NCBI GenBank assembly: GCA_963733035.1
Contig: CAVTBU010000006.1
Span: 736,001 to 800,000, forward strand
DNA: 64,000 nucleotides
Reading direction: 5' to 3'
From: Pirellulales bacterium
Lineage (GTDB): Bacteria > Planctomycetota > Planctomycetia > Pirellulales > PALSA-1355
Under the pieces are notes generated by a model, which was not told the origin of the DNA, did not search any database, and saw nothing but the letters and a program-made list of their open reading frames with translations. Of this stretch, positions 19,149 through 28,979 are shown piece after piece. Position numbers and translations under genes: made by a program. Position 1 is the first letter of the stretch. Each line of letters begins with the position of its first letter.

Positions 19149-21368
19149 GTGGCACCAGGAAACGCCAAGTCGAGAACCTCCGTTCGCAGAATTCGCTCGC
19201 TGCTGGGTCGGCAGGGAGCGTTATCGACCTCTCGCGGTTTGGTACGGCGAAATCTATGGATCGCTCCCGTGCTCGCCATTGTCGCGCTCGTCTTTGCCGG
19301 GTGGTGGGTGCGTTTGCATATCGAAGAGGCCATTCAGCAGCAGACAGCCAGCGAATTGGCCACGCTGCTGAGGGCCGATGTCGAAGCCCTCCAGCTTTGG
19401 ATGCGGCTACAGCAAGACAACGCGAAGGTCATTGCCAGCGACACCAAGATTCAGGAGTCCATCCAAAAGTTGGCGGCCGATGTCGCCGAAGGTAAATCTT
19501 CTGCGACTCAATTGCTGCAATCGCCAGAACGGGAAGCGTTGTCGGCCGAGTTGAAGCCTTGGATCGATCGTCAGGCATACAACGGATTCGTCATCTTCAA
19601 CCCCGAGGGATTGATCCTGGCCGCCGACGAGGAGCTGCTCGTCGGGCAAAACACGATCATTTCCGGCCAACGCCAGTTTATCGAAAGCGTTTTGTCCGGG
19701 CGGACGTCGATTTCGCATCCCTTTCCCTCGCGGATCATGCTGCCGGCCGAAGACGGTGAAATGCGTGTCGGCATACCCGTCATGTTCGTGGCCGCGCCCG
19801 TGCTGGGAAGCGACCAGAAGCCGGTGGCGGTCGTCGCATTGCGGATTGATCCGGGCCATGAGTTCACGCAGATTCTCAGCGTCGCACAACCCGGCGAGAC
19901 GGGAGAAACATATGCCTTCGACGCACGTGGCGTGTTCCTCTCCCAAAGCCGTTTCGACGAACAACTCAAGCGTATCGCATTGCTGCCCGATCAATCCAAT
20001 GCCAGCAGTGTACTCACGCTGGAATTGCGCGATCCCGGTGTCGATATGACAGCCGGATCGCGGCCTGAGAAACTTCGCAACCAGCAGCCGCTAACGGCGA
20101 TGGTGGCCGATGCGATCGAGCGGAAGCCGACTATTAACGATCCCGGTGTCAACGTCGAAGGATATCGGGACTATCGCGGCGTCGATACGGTTGGCGCCTG
20201 GGCCTGGCTACCCGAATATCAGTTTGGTATCGCGACGGAAATGGATCGGGCCGAGGCGTTTCGACCCGTGCTCGTGCTTCGTCGCGTGTTTTGGATATTG
20301 TTTGGGCTATTGAGCGCGGTCGCACTCTTGCTGTTTGGCCTCACGCTGTTTGCCGGCCGACTTGAGCGGCGCATGCGCGAGGCGGTGATCGCCGCCGGAC
20401 AACTAGGGCAGTATGCCCTTGAGGAGAAGATCGGCGAAGGAGGTATGGGAAGTGTTTATCGTGCGCGCCACGCCATGTTGCGCCGACCGACCGCCGTCAA
20501 GCTGTTGGAACCCGGCAAGACCACGGACGTTTCGGTCGCGCGCTTCGAACGCGAAGTGCAATTGACCAGCCAGCTCAACCACCCGAACACAATCACAATT
20601 TACGACTACGGCCGCACGGCCGAGGGCGTGTTTTACTACGCGATGGAATTCTTGGAGGGATTTTCCCTCGACGTGCTGGTGCAACGATTTGGCCCGCTTC
20701 CCGACGGCCGGGTGATTCAGATCTTGAAGCAGGTTTGTGGCTCGCTAATCGAGGCGCATTCGGCGGGCCTCATTCACCGCGACATCAAGCCGGCCAACAT
20801 CATGATTACGCGGCGTGGCGGAGTGTGCGACTTTGTAAAACTGCTTGATTTCGGACTGGTGAAGGCCGTCGATTCGGCAAAGATGCAAACTCTGACTGCC
20901 GCCGACGCCATTACCGGCACGCCTCTCTACATGGCCCCTGAGACCATTCAAGACGCCGAAGGGTGCGACGCACGCGGCGATCTCTATGCCCTGGGGGCCG
21001 TGGGATATTACCTCCTGACGGGCCGGCCGGTGTTCGACACCGGTGGGGTGTTGGAGATCATGCGCGCGCACGTCGAGGCCCGTCCCATCGCGCCGAGCAA
21101 ACGTTTGGCTCGGCCGATGTCGCGCGAGTTCGAACAACTGCTGCTGAAATGCCTTGAAAAGTCGCCGGCTGATCGACCGCAGACGGCCGCCGAAATGTCC
21201 GCCGAATTGGACGCGTGTGCCCCTGCTCAGCCGTGGGCCGTCACCAACGCCGAGAGTTGGTGGAACGCACACGAGCCGACGCTTACTGCCGATCCGCGGC
21301 TGTCGGCTACCCAAGACCTGACGCCTGGCCTTACGGTCGGTGTTTCGGAAGTCCGTCGTACGACTTGA
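19149..21368 (+). CDS. Membrane Ser/Thr protein kinase with extracytoplasmic Cache-like sensor domain
   Basis: TM - sensor (GETGETYAFD, YRDYRGVDTVGAW) - TM - kinase (IGEGGMGSVY, AVK, HRDIKPAN, DFG, GTPLYMAPE); start uncertain. Confidence 0.9.
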   Translation: MAPGNAKSRTSVRRIRSLLGRQGALSTSRGLVRRNLWIAPVLAIVALVFAGWWVRLHIEEAIQQQTASELATLLRADVEALQLWMRLQQDNAKVIASDTKIQESIQKLAADVAEGKSSATQLLQSPEREALSAELKPWIDRQAYNGFVIFNPEGLILAADEELLVGQNTIISGQRQFIESVLSGRTSISHPFPSRIMLPAEDGEMRVGIPVMFVAAPVLGSDQKPVAVVALRIDPGHEFTQILSVAQPGETGETYAFDARGVFLSQSRFDEQLKRIALLPDQSNASSVLTLELRDPGVDMTAGSRPEKLRNQQPLTAMVADAIERKPTINDPGVNVEGYRDYRGVDTVGAWAWLPEYQFGIATEMDRAEAFRPVLVLRRVFWILFGLLSAVALLLFGLTLFAGRLERRMREAVIAAGQLGQYALEEKIGEGGMGSVYRARHAMLRRPTAVKLLEPGKTTDVSVARFEREVQLTSQLNHPNTITIYDYGRTAEGVFYYAMEFLEGFSLDVLVQRFGPLPDGRVIQILKQVCGSLIEAHSAGLIHRDIKPANIMITRRGGVCDFVKLLDFGLVKAVDSAKMQTLTAADAITGTPLYMAPETIQDAEGCDARGDLYALGAVGYYLLTGRPVFDTGGVLEIMRAHVEARPIAPSKRLARPMSREFEQLLLKCLEKSPADRPQTAAEMSAELDACAPAQPWAVTNAESWWNAHEPTLTADPRLSATQDLTPGLTVGVSEVRRTT

Positions 21369-22539
21369 ACGGCAGAAGTTTCTTGAGTCGTGCAATCGGA
21401 AGCGAGGAAGACGCGCGACCGTCGGTCCATGGCACCCGCATCTGCATGGCCAGGTGTACCAGGTCCACGTCGCTACGAAGTTGCAGCTTGTCCAGCACGC
21501 GCGCCCGGTGCTTGGCAGTCGTCTGAATACTGATATTTAGTGCCGTGGCAATCTGCTTTTGAGACAGCCCCGAGACGAGCATGTCCATCACCTGGGCTTC
21601 GCGAGGTGTCAACTTGTCACGTTCCATGCGGGCATGGAGGACCGGCGCGATGATCGCCGCGACACGGTCCAATAGATCACGATCGTCTTCGTTGTAATCC
21701 ACCCCGGCATCCGCCAGATGAAATAGACCCAGCGGCGAGCCATCTTGGACGATGGGACCCACGAGCGAACGAGTGAGAGTGATGTCGCATTCCATGAGAC
21801 GCGATCGGTTTTCAATCAGGACTTCGCCCTCGGTGAGCGATTGGTACCAGAGATCGCAGCGATCCGTGGGAGAACGATGTGCCTCGCGAAAGTCATGTGG
21901 TGTGACGAATGGCCCCGAAAGCGTATCTCCGTCGACAAACCGCAAAAAAATGCCGGTCGGGCTTTGAAACGAACGCATCACAATCCGCAGCACCGAAGAG
22001 TACATTCCCTCGCCGGGCGTGCTTGCGAGGGCCTGCAAGACCGACCACACCGTATGCGTCAATCGATCGACTTGACGCAGGGAGCGGGCCGCTTCCAACT
22101 CGGCGGCTTTGCGGGCGGTAATATTCTGGATTTGCGAGATGGCGTAGCACGCCATCCCGGACTCATCGCGGAAAATCGACGCGGTCAACAGAATCCACAC
22201 CACGTGGCCATCTTTGTGGAAATAGCGTTTTTCCAAATCGTAGTGGTCGATGTCGCCGGCCATCAACTGGCGTGCCAGCGTCACGTCGGCTTCCATGTCG
22301 TCCGGATGAGTAATGCTTTGAAAGTCGGTTGCCAGCAATTCCGCTTCGTTGTAGCCGACGATCTGCGTCAATGCCCGATTGACCTTCAAGAAACGGCCAT
22401 CCAGATCGACAATGGCCATGCCGATGGCGGCGTGCTCGAACGCACCCCGAAAAGGGCCCGCATCGTCTGCGAACGCCGCCTGCCAGGCCGCTGCCCGTTG
22501 GGCATCGCTGGCGTACGGTCGATTGGCATCGATCAACAT
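21331..22539 (-). CDS. PAS + GAF-like + LuxR HTH transcriptional regulator
   Basis: PAS (FEHAAIGMA...THPDD...EKRYFHKDG); C-terminal LTPREAQVM...IATALNISIQTTAKHRARVLDKL. Confidence 0.88.
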   Translation of the reverse strand: MLIDANRPYASDAQRAAAWQAAFADDAGPFRGAFEHAAIGMAIVDLDGRFLKVNRALTQIVGYNEAELLATDFQSITHPDDMEADVTLARQLMAGDIDHYDLEKRYFHKDGHVVWILLTASIFRDESGMACYAISQIQNITARKAAELEAARSLRQVDRLTHTVWSVLQALASTPGEGMYSSVLRIVMRSFQSPTGIFLRFVDGDTLSGPFVTPHDFREAHRSPTDRCDLWYQSLTEGEVLIENRSRLMECDITLTRSLVGPIVQDGSPLGLFHLADAGVDYNEDDRDLLDRVAAIIAPVLHARMERDKLTPREAQVMDMLVSGLSQKQIATALNISIQTTAKHRARVLDKLQLRSDVDLVHLAMQMRVPWTDGRASSSLPIARLKKLLPFKSYDGLPKHRP

Positions 22540-22970
22540 TCGCGATGTCAAATCAGGGTGCCGCTCGAGACCCATTCAGAACACCTTCGACTTTGATGCG
22601 CCAGTTCAGCAATTTAGTGCGTTTGTATCGTAGCGAGCAGATGCCTTTCACATGCTCAGCGGCCGTCTGGAAACAGGGGAAGCCGCTCGGCGGGGGGCAG
22701 TGAACGAGCGGGCATCGCGGACGAATTCGGCCGCGTGTTGGCCGATTGAGCTGCAAAATTGATACTTACTAACTGGTATTTGGTCAACCCGCGAATATTT
22801 CGCCTGCCCGGAACTGAGCGGTTCGGACGCACAAAGAACGGACCCCGGCAGCACAATCGCTTGCCGTTCCCGGCTGTCGCTTGTGTGGAACCCGTTTGAG
22901 GTCATGCAATTTCGCGGCCGAGCCACTACAGTAGGTCCTTTCTCATGAGCAGCTCAATGGAGCGTCCTCC

Positions 22971-24275
22971 TTGAACGACGGCAATTCTCGCCTTACGCGA
23001 TGGAAGTTTCTCACCGTGGCCCTGATGGTCGTCGGATATTCGGGTTGCTACCTGTGCCGCTCGAATTTCTCGGTGATGCTCACAGCCATCGCAAACGACC
23101 TTGTGGCCAAGGGCTTATCGCCTGAGACCGCGCAGATCCGCATGGGACAAATTGCCACACTTGGCGTCCTGGCCTACACGATTGGCAAATTCATCACCGG
23201 TAGCGTGGCGGATTTTTTGGGCGGCCGGCGCAACGTCCTGTTCGGAATGTTCGGCAGTGTGCTGTTTACCGCGTTGTTCGCTCTCGGTGGTGGCGTCCCC
23301 ATGTTTACACTCGCCTGGATCGGCAACCGGGCAGTCCAATCATTTTGCTGGACCGGAATGGTCAAGATTACCGGTCGTTGGTTTTCTTACTCGGCCTACG
23401 GCACCGCCATGGGCGTAATTAGCCTCAGTTTCCTGTTTGGCGACGCGGCTGCTCGAACATTCATGTCGCTGCTGATCGAAGCGGGGCTGGGATGGCGCCA
23501 GGTGTTTTGGGTGGCCGCGGGCGTGCTGTCGGGTCTTACCGTGTTGAATTTGCTATGGCTCAAAGAGAGTCCTCGTGACGTCGGGTTCGACGAGCCCGTG
23601 GCCAATCCACTGAATGTTTACGGAGAGACCACCGACCGGGACGATCCGCCGACAAATCTGCGCAGCTTGCTCGTGCCACTGGTTACCAGCCCGGCGTTCT
23701 TAACCGCCTGCGTGTTGTCGCTGGGTCTGACGCTCTTGCGTGAGACGTTCAATCTATGGACGCCTACGTACTTCACGCAGGTAGTGGGTTCGTCGTCATC
23801 GCAAGCCGCGGCACAAAGCGCGCTGTTTCCGTTGTTTGGTGGTGCATCGGTCCTGTTGGCCGGTTGGCTAGGCGACCGCTTAGGGACGCTCGGCCGGGCA
23901 AGTGTCATTCTAGGCGGATGTGCGCTGGCTGGCATCGTGATGTGGGTCTTGGCTTCCTTCGACTTCGCTGGCCACAGTGTCGCCGCGGTCGGGTTGGTGG
24001 GGCTGATTGGCTTCTTGATGCTGGGGCCTTACTCGTACTTGGCCGGTGCGATCTCTCTCGACTTGGGCGGCAAACGCGGAGCCGCCACGGCCTGTGGAAT
24101 TATCGACGGAGTCGGGTATCTTGGGGGCATGTTGGCGGGCGATACGGTTGCCCGACTGAGCGTCGCATATGGCTGGACTGGGGCTTTCCGCGCCTTGGCC
24201 GGCGTGGCTGCTCTGACTAGCCTGGCGGCGGCCGTGTTCTTTACCATCGAACGCCGAAAACTGACTCGCAAGTAG
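22971..24275 (+). CDS. MFS transporter, organophosphate:Pi antiporter (GlpT/UhpC-like)
   Basis: YLCRSNFS (OPA R-x-N motif), GKFITG, A-C-GIIDGVGYLGG; about 12 TM; TTG start with GGAG RBS. Confidence 0.82.
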   Translation: MNDGNSRLTRWKFLTVALMVVGYSGCYLCRSNFSVMLTAIANDLVAKGLSPETAQIRMGQIATLGVLAYTIGKFITGSVADFLGGRRNVLFGMFGSVLFTALFALGGGVPMFTLAWIGNRAVQSFCWTGMVKITGRWFSYSAYGTAMGVISLSFLFGDAAARTFMSLLIEAGLGWRQVFWVAAGVLSGLTVLNLLWLKESPRDVGFDEPVANPLNVYGETTDRDDPPTNLRSLLVPLVTSPAFLTACVLSLGLTLLRETFNLWTPTYFTQVVGSSSSQAAAQSALFPLFGGASVLLAGWLGDRLGTLGRASVILGGCALAGIVMWVLASFDFAGHSVAAVGLVGLIGFLMLGPYSYLAGAISLDLGGKRGAATACGIIDGVGYLGGMLAGDTVARLSVAYGWTGAFRALAGVAALTSLAAAVFFTIERRKLTRK

Positions 24276-24287
24276 TCCTTCCAAAAC

Positions 24288-24839
24288 ATGAACATCGTCG
24301 ACGTCGTTTGCGAATTGTTTGCCACCAAGGGCAACGCTGCCTACGTAGGCGAGCCCGTCTCACAACTCGAGCACGCGCTGCAGGCCGCCTACCATGCCGA
24401 ACAGGAGCAGGCCAGCGACGAGCTGGTCGTGGCGGCGCTGTTGCACGATATCGGCCACTTGATCCACAAGCTGCCCGAGGATGCCGCCGACCACGGCATC
24501 GACACTCGGCACGAACAGATGGGGTATGCCTGGCTGAAGCAGTATTGCGGCCCCCAAGTCACTGAGCCGATTCGCTTGCATGTTCCCGCGAAGCGGTACC
24601 TTTGCGCGACCGACGCGAACTATCAAGGCGAGCTATCACCCGCATCCGTGCAAAGCCTGGCCTTGCAAGGAGGCCCGTTTAACCAGGCAGAGATCGATGA
24701 ATTCGAGCGGAACCCGCACTATCACGCGGCCGTTGCCTTGCGGCGCTGGGACGATCTGGCAAAAGTGCCGCACATGAAAGTGCCCCCGCTCGAACACTAT
24801 CGCCCGCGCCTCGAACGCGTGCTACACAATGCCCAATAG
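24288..24839 (+). CDS. phnZ: HD-domain diiron oxygenase, PhnZ-like (phosphonate C-P cleavage)
   Basis: Y-GEPVSQLEHALQAA, LLHDIGH, HEQMG, RLHVPAKRYL, LSPASVQSLALQGGP, LRRWDDLAK. Confidence 0.85.
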   Translation: MNIVDVVCELFATKGNAAYVGEPVSQLEHALQAAYHAEQEQASDELVVAALLHDIGHLIHKLPEDAADHGIDTRHEQMGYAWLKQYCGPQVTEPIRLHVPAKRYLCATDANYQGELSPASVQSLALQGGPFNQAEIDEFERNPHYHAAVALRRWDDLAKVPHMKVPPLEHYRPRLERVLHNAQ

Positions 24840-25505
24840 GGCCGGCAACTCCGCCACGGTGCCAATCAGGTGCGTGTGCGGAAATGGCTGCAATTGTTCG
24901 GCCGTGTGCGAACCGCCCGTCACGCCCACCACCATGCCACAACCGGCAGCCGCTCCTTCCTGAAGGTCGGACGGCGTATCACCTACCTTCGCCACGCGGC
25001 CCGCGTCGCTGATACCTAAATCGTGCATTGCCTTGAAGGCCAGGTCGGGATGTGGACGTCCGCGCTCGACTTCGTCGCTGGTGACTGTGGTGTTGAGCAA
25101 TGCGTCATCATTCCAGCCCAATCGCCGAATCACGACGTCCGCAATGTCGCGGCTGAAACCGGTATCGAGTGCCGTCTTGATTCCCGCCGCCCGCAACCGG
25201 CGAAAGGTGTCGGTCGCGCCGGCAATCTCGTGTACCGACGGATCGGTCTGGTAGAACTCGATCATCCGACGGACGAAATCCGCATGGATCGCGTCGAGCT
25301 GTTCGATGAGCTCCGGCCGCTCATAGCGCTCAAGCAATTGGTGGATAGCCATCGGCTTGGGAATGCCCATCACCAGATTCACGGCCTCTCGGCTGGCCGA
25401 CACGCCCACCTGCTCGAGTGCCGCGCGGACGCAGCGGCTGACGCCGTCGTCGTCGTTGACCGTGGTGCCAGCCATGTCGAAGATCACCAGTTCAATCTTG
25501 CTCAT
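24822..25505 (-). CDS. HAD-family phosphonatase-like hydrolase (PhnX-like)
   Basis: FDMAGTT motif I, TGF, GRPHPD, KVGDTPSDLQEG. Confidence 0.85.
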   Translation of the reverse strand: MSKIELVIFDMAGTTVNDDDGVSRCVRAALEQVGVSASREAVNLVMGIPKPMAIHQLLERYERPELIEQLDAIHADFVRRMIEFYQTDPSVHEIAGATDTFRRLRAAGIKTALDTGFSRDIADVVIRRLGWNDDALLNTTVTSDEVERGRPHPDLAFKAMHDLGISDAGRVAKVGDTPSDLQEGAAAGCGMVVGVTGGSHTAEQLQPFPHTHLIGTVAELPALLGIV

Positions 25506-25510
25506 TGCGC

Positions 25511-26635
25511 TCACTCCGCGAGGTTGCGGATGACCTCGTCGGCCAATCCAAAGGAAAGCGTCATGCCGGCGCCACCCACGCACGTCACCACTGTCGCGCC
25601 CGGTGCCGCTGGCGCGACAAAGAAACTGTCAGTCGGGTGCTTGGCATAGATGCCGTGCCAGCGGGCAGCGATCTGCAGGTCGGGCACATCCAAAAACGTG
25701 TGCAAATAGTCGAGAATCAGCCGATCGACTTCCGGTTTGTCGAACGGCTCGATGTCGGCGTCGTATTCATGCGAATCCCCCAAAATCAACTCGCCGACGC
25801 CATTTTGCGATGCCATCACGTGAATGCCGTAGCGATCGTACTCGGGCGTGTCCCGCGCCACGCGCTGCTTCACCGCCGCGAGCGTCGGGCAGTCCTGAAA
25901 GTTCTTGTAGTGCCGTAGCGTCAAGCCGCCAGCCAACATGGGTCCCAGCTTAAGTCGACCGGCATAGCTTTGCGAGCGCATCATCTGCAACTTGCAACGG
26001 AGCAGTCCGGCCGCGGCAAACGTGTCGGGATAGAGCGTCTGAAAATCATCTCCCGAGCAGACGATCAGCCGCTGTGCTCGCCAGCTTTGTCCGCCGGCAG
26101 TCACGGTTGGCTGATCGTAGCCGGTCACGGCCGTGCCGAATTCGAAGTGCACGCCAAATTCGCGCTCGAGCCAGGCGGGTAACCGTGCGATCACCTGCCG
26201 CGGGTCAACGCACGTTTCCGTCGGACTCCACATGCCGGCCAACAGTCCCGCCGTTTTGACGGCGGGCGACCGAGCGGCAACTTGTGCGGGCGTCAGCAAC
26301 TCACAGCCGCTTTCCGCTTGGCCACTGAACTCGGCCAGCACTTGCGCTTCGTCAGGTTCGTAGGCCAAATGCAGCGAACCGGTCTTTTCGTGCCACAGGT
26401 CCGCTCGGCTAAGGACGTCAAGCCAGAATTCGCGGCTGCGCACTGCCATTTCGTGCAGCGGCCCATGGGGCTGTCCAACGGGCCATAGCATCCCGAAATT
26501 GCGGACCGACGCACCGCTGGCGCGGGCACTACGTTCAAACACGACTACGCGCCGACCTTGGCGAGCCAAGTGGAACGCATGGGCCAGGCCCAGCACCCCG
26601 GCTCCGACCACGGCATCTTCAAATTCAGTTTGCAT
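25511..26635 (-). CDS. FAD-dependent oxidoreductase associated with phosphonate clusters (TIGR03364/HpnW-like, DAO fold)
   Basis: VVGAGVLGLAHA, GASVRNFG, CKLQMMR, GDSHEY, GGAGMTLSFGLA; 5 nt from the phnX-like gene. Confidence 0.85.
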   Translation of the reverse strand: MQTEFEDAVVGAGVLGLAHAFHLARQGRRVVVFERSARASGASVRNFGMLWPVGQPHGPLHEMAVRSREFWLDVLSRADLWHEKTGSLHLAYEPDEAQVLAEFSGQAESGCELLTPAQVAARSPAVKTAGLLAGMWSPTETCVDPRQVIARLPAWLEREFGVHFEFGTAVTGYDQPTVTAGGQSWRAQRLIVCSGDDFQTLYPDTFAAAGLLRCKLQMMRSQSYAGRLKLGPMLAGGLTLRHYKNFQDCPTLAAVKQRVARDTPEYDRYGIHVMASQNGVGELILGDSHEYDADIEPFDKPEVDRLILDYLHTFLDVPDLQIAARWHGIYAKHPTDSFFVAPAAPGATVVTCVGGAGMTLSFGLADEVIRNLAE

Positions 26636-26732
26636 TGCAACAGGAAGCGGTATGAATTCACTCGGCGGCAGCATTCCGCCGCGTTGCTCCCTGTTCTACC
26701 CTCCGCTGCGACCCTTGGCCAGCACCATCGCA

Positions 26733-27296
26733 CTACTGGGTTGCTTTCCGCAGCGGGGCCCGCCACAGGTATACGGTGTGGTCGCGAGTCGGTCCGCGCA
26801 CTTTGGCTATCTTGGTGGGCTTGATACCGCCCATGACGAAGTCGTGTGACACGACGCGGGCGCCTGGCTTGAGTTTTTCCAACTGCGGAATGAGTTTCTC
26901 GTTGAGCGAAGGTAGCAGATAGAGCGTAACGACGTCTGCATCGCTGAGGTCGAGAGTAAAGATGTCCTGCTGCAACGCCTGGGCCCGGTCGCCCACGCCG
27001 TGTCGGCGAATGTTTTGCTCGGTCTCGCGGATCCGCTGCGGATCAACGTCGAAACCTACAGCCCGCGCGCCTTTCTCGGCTGCGGAAACCACGATGATGC
27101 CGTTGCCGCAACCGAGATCGAAGAGTACGTCGTCCTTACCGACTTCCGCCAACTCGAGCATCTTGTCGACGACCACCTGGGGTGTCGGCACAAACCATAC
27201 GTCGGGCGACTTTTCCTGGCCGTAGGTGGACCATCCGCACACATATGGCACCCCGACAAGACAACCCAGCAGCACGAGTCGAAATAGCTTTGTCAT
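26733..27296 (-). CDS. Class I SAM-dependent methyltransferase with N-terminal signal/anchor
   Basis: FVPTPQVVVDKMLELA, DLGCGNG, DVVTLYLL, RVVSHDF. Confidence 0.85.
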   Translation of the reverse strand: MTKLFRLVLLGCLVGVPYVCGWSTYGQEKSPDVWFVPTPQVVVDKMLELAEVGKDDVLFDLGCGNGIIVVSAAEKGARAVGFDVDPQRIRETEQNIRRHGVGDRAQALQQDIFTLDLSDADVVTLYLLPSLNEKLIPQLEKLKPGARVVSHDFVMGGIKPTKIAKVRGPTRDHTVYLWRAPLRKATQ

Positions 27297-27368
27297 GGAA
27301 GGCTCCCTTCGAAACGCGTGATGAAGACGAAGGTTAAAAGTTTCGCAATTCACGAGCGCCTCTTCGGT

Positions 27369-28802
27369 TCAACCTCTTTTGCCTCCCGAGCGTGTTCCCG
27401 TCGGAGTCAACAGCCGCGAGGCCACGTATACGGGCACTCCGGCGGCCAGCAGCGCTACGCCAACCCAGGCCAGGCTTTCCGCGTAGCGAATGCCCCCATA
27501 CAGCATATAGCCGCAGGTGGCCGAAAACAAAATCGGGCAGAGTGGATAGAGGGGCGTGCGAAAGGGCCGCTCCACGTACGGTTCACGCATTCGCAACGCG
27601 AACAACGATAAGCTGGTCAACAGAAAAAACAGCCAAAAAATAGGTGCCGTGCACCGCAGCAACGTATCGAAGCCGCTCTTTCCGGCCCAAGATACCTCCG
27701 GCAAACCCGTCACCGTAAATAGTCGATTGAGCCACTGCTGGCCGGCGCCGGAACCCACAACCAGGATCATGGTCACCGTGATGAGCGCCTGCGCCACGAT
27801 GGACCAGACCGGAGCTCCCCAACGCTTTTGCGCGAGCAAGGCAAACAGCCGATGATCTTCGCCAATCGCCGCATACACCCGCGACCCGGCGAAGACGAGC
27901 CCGTTAACAGCTCCCAGCGCCGAGATGGCCACCAGCAAAGCCACGCCTCGCGCGCCGGTTGGGCCTACCGCAGCCTGCATAGCATCCGAGGCAATCGCCC
28001 CCGCGTCGCGCACTCCCGGCCAGCCGAGCGCGCGCAGATAGGCGGCGTTGATCAGCAAGTAAGTAACCGTGATGATCGCAATGCCGAGCGAAAGCGCGCG
28101 GATAATCTTATTGCGGTCGCGCATTTCAGCCACGAAAAAAGCCGCGTCATTCCAGCCCCCATAGGTCAAGAACACCAGCACCAGCGCCGAAGCAAACGAG
28201 GCGATTGCGGCACCGCCTTCCGGGCCACTCATCGCATCCTGGGCAGCGATCGTTTCCGGTGGGTCGGCCAACAGACCGGCGATAATTACCGCGGCCAGTC
28301 CTAGCAGCTTTGCCGATGACAGCACGTTCTGTACTTGCTTGCCGAGGGCCACGCCCCACAGGTTGGTCGCACTCAGCACCACTACGCAACCAACGGCATA
28401 CACCAGCGAAGTGGCCGGGCCAAAGTCCCATAGCGTTTGAGCATAGTTGGCAAACACGTAGGCCATCATGCCGATCGAGCCGGTCAAGATCACCGAAATC
28501 TGAGCCCAGCCAAACAAGAAGCCCAGCCAGGGGCCAAATGCCCGCGACAGGTAAACATAGTCGCCGCCGGACCGCGGATAGGCGCTGGCAAGTTCCGCGT
28601 AAGTGAAGGCCCCGTTCAGGCACAGCAGGCCGCCAACCGCCCAGGCTGCCATTGCCAGCGTGCCACTCGACGCGCTGCCAAAAACCAGCGGCGGCGTTTC
28701 GTAAATGCCGGCCCCGATCACGATGCCGACGATCACGCTCACGGTATCCCATGTCGAAAGCGTGGCGCCGCGAGACGGGGCACCCGCAGGGTCTTTTTCC
28801 AT
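27369..28802 (-). CDS. Amino acid permease (APC family)
   Basis: GIVIGAGIY, YAELASAYPRSGGDYVYL, YGGWN, RPFRTPLYP. Confidence 0.9.
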   Translation of the reverse strand: MEKDPAGAPSRGATLSTWDTVSVIVGIVIGAGIYETPPLVFGSASSGTLAMAAWAVGGLLCLNGAFTYAELASAYPRSGGDYVYLSRAFGPWLGFLFGWAQISVILTGSIGMMAYVFANYAQTLWDFGPATSLVYAVGCVVVLSATNLWGVALGKQVQNVLSSAKLLGLAAVIIAGLLADPPETIAAQDAMSGPEGGAAIASFASALVLVFLTYGGWNDAAFFVAEMRDRNKIIRALSLGIAIITVTYLLINAAYLRALGWPGVRDAGAIASDAMQAAVGPTGARGVALLVAISALGAVNGLVFAGSRVYAAIGEDHRLFALLAQKRWGAPVWSIVAQALITVTMILVVGSGAGQQWLNRLFTVTGLPEVSWAGKSGFDTLLRCTAPIFWLFFLLTSLSLFALRMREPYVERPFRTPLYPLCPILFSATCGYMLYGGIRYAESLAWVGVALLAAGVPVYVASRLLTPTGTRSGGKRG

Positions 28803-28979
28803 TCGCGCCTCATTCGTTGAGATGCCAATGTCAGGGACGAACGCCGCAAATCCTAGCGAAACTTGACGCTGACCACCAGCACATGCGCACGGCGAAGTCC
28901 ACGTGATTCAGGTGCCGCCTACACCCAGGGGATAGCCGTCCCCGAGGCCATACCTACCGTCATGCACGCTCCGCCGTGT

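Noticed and set aside
27315..27345. Possible Pho-box-like direct repeat upstream of the methyltransferase
   Set aside because: The half-sites are weak and 12 nt apart rather than 11
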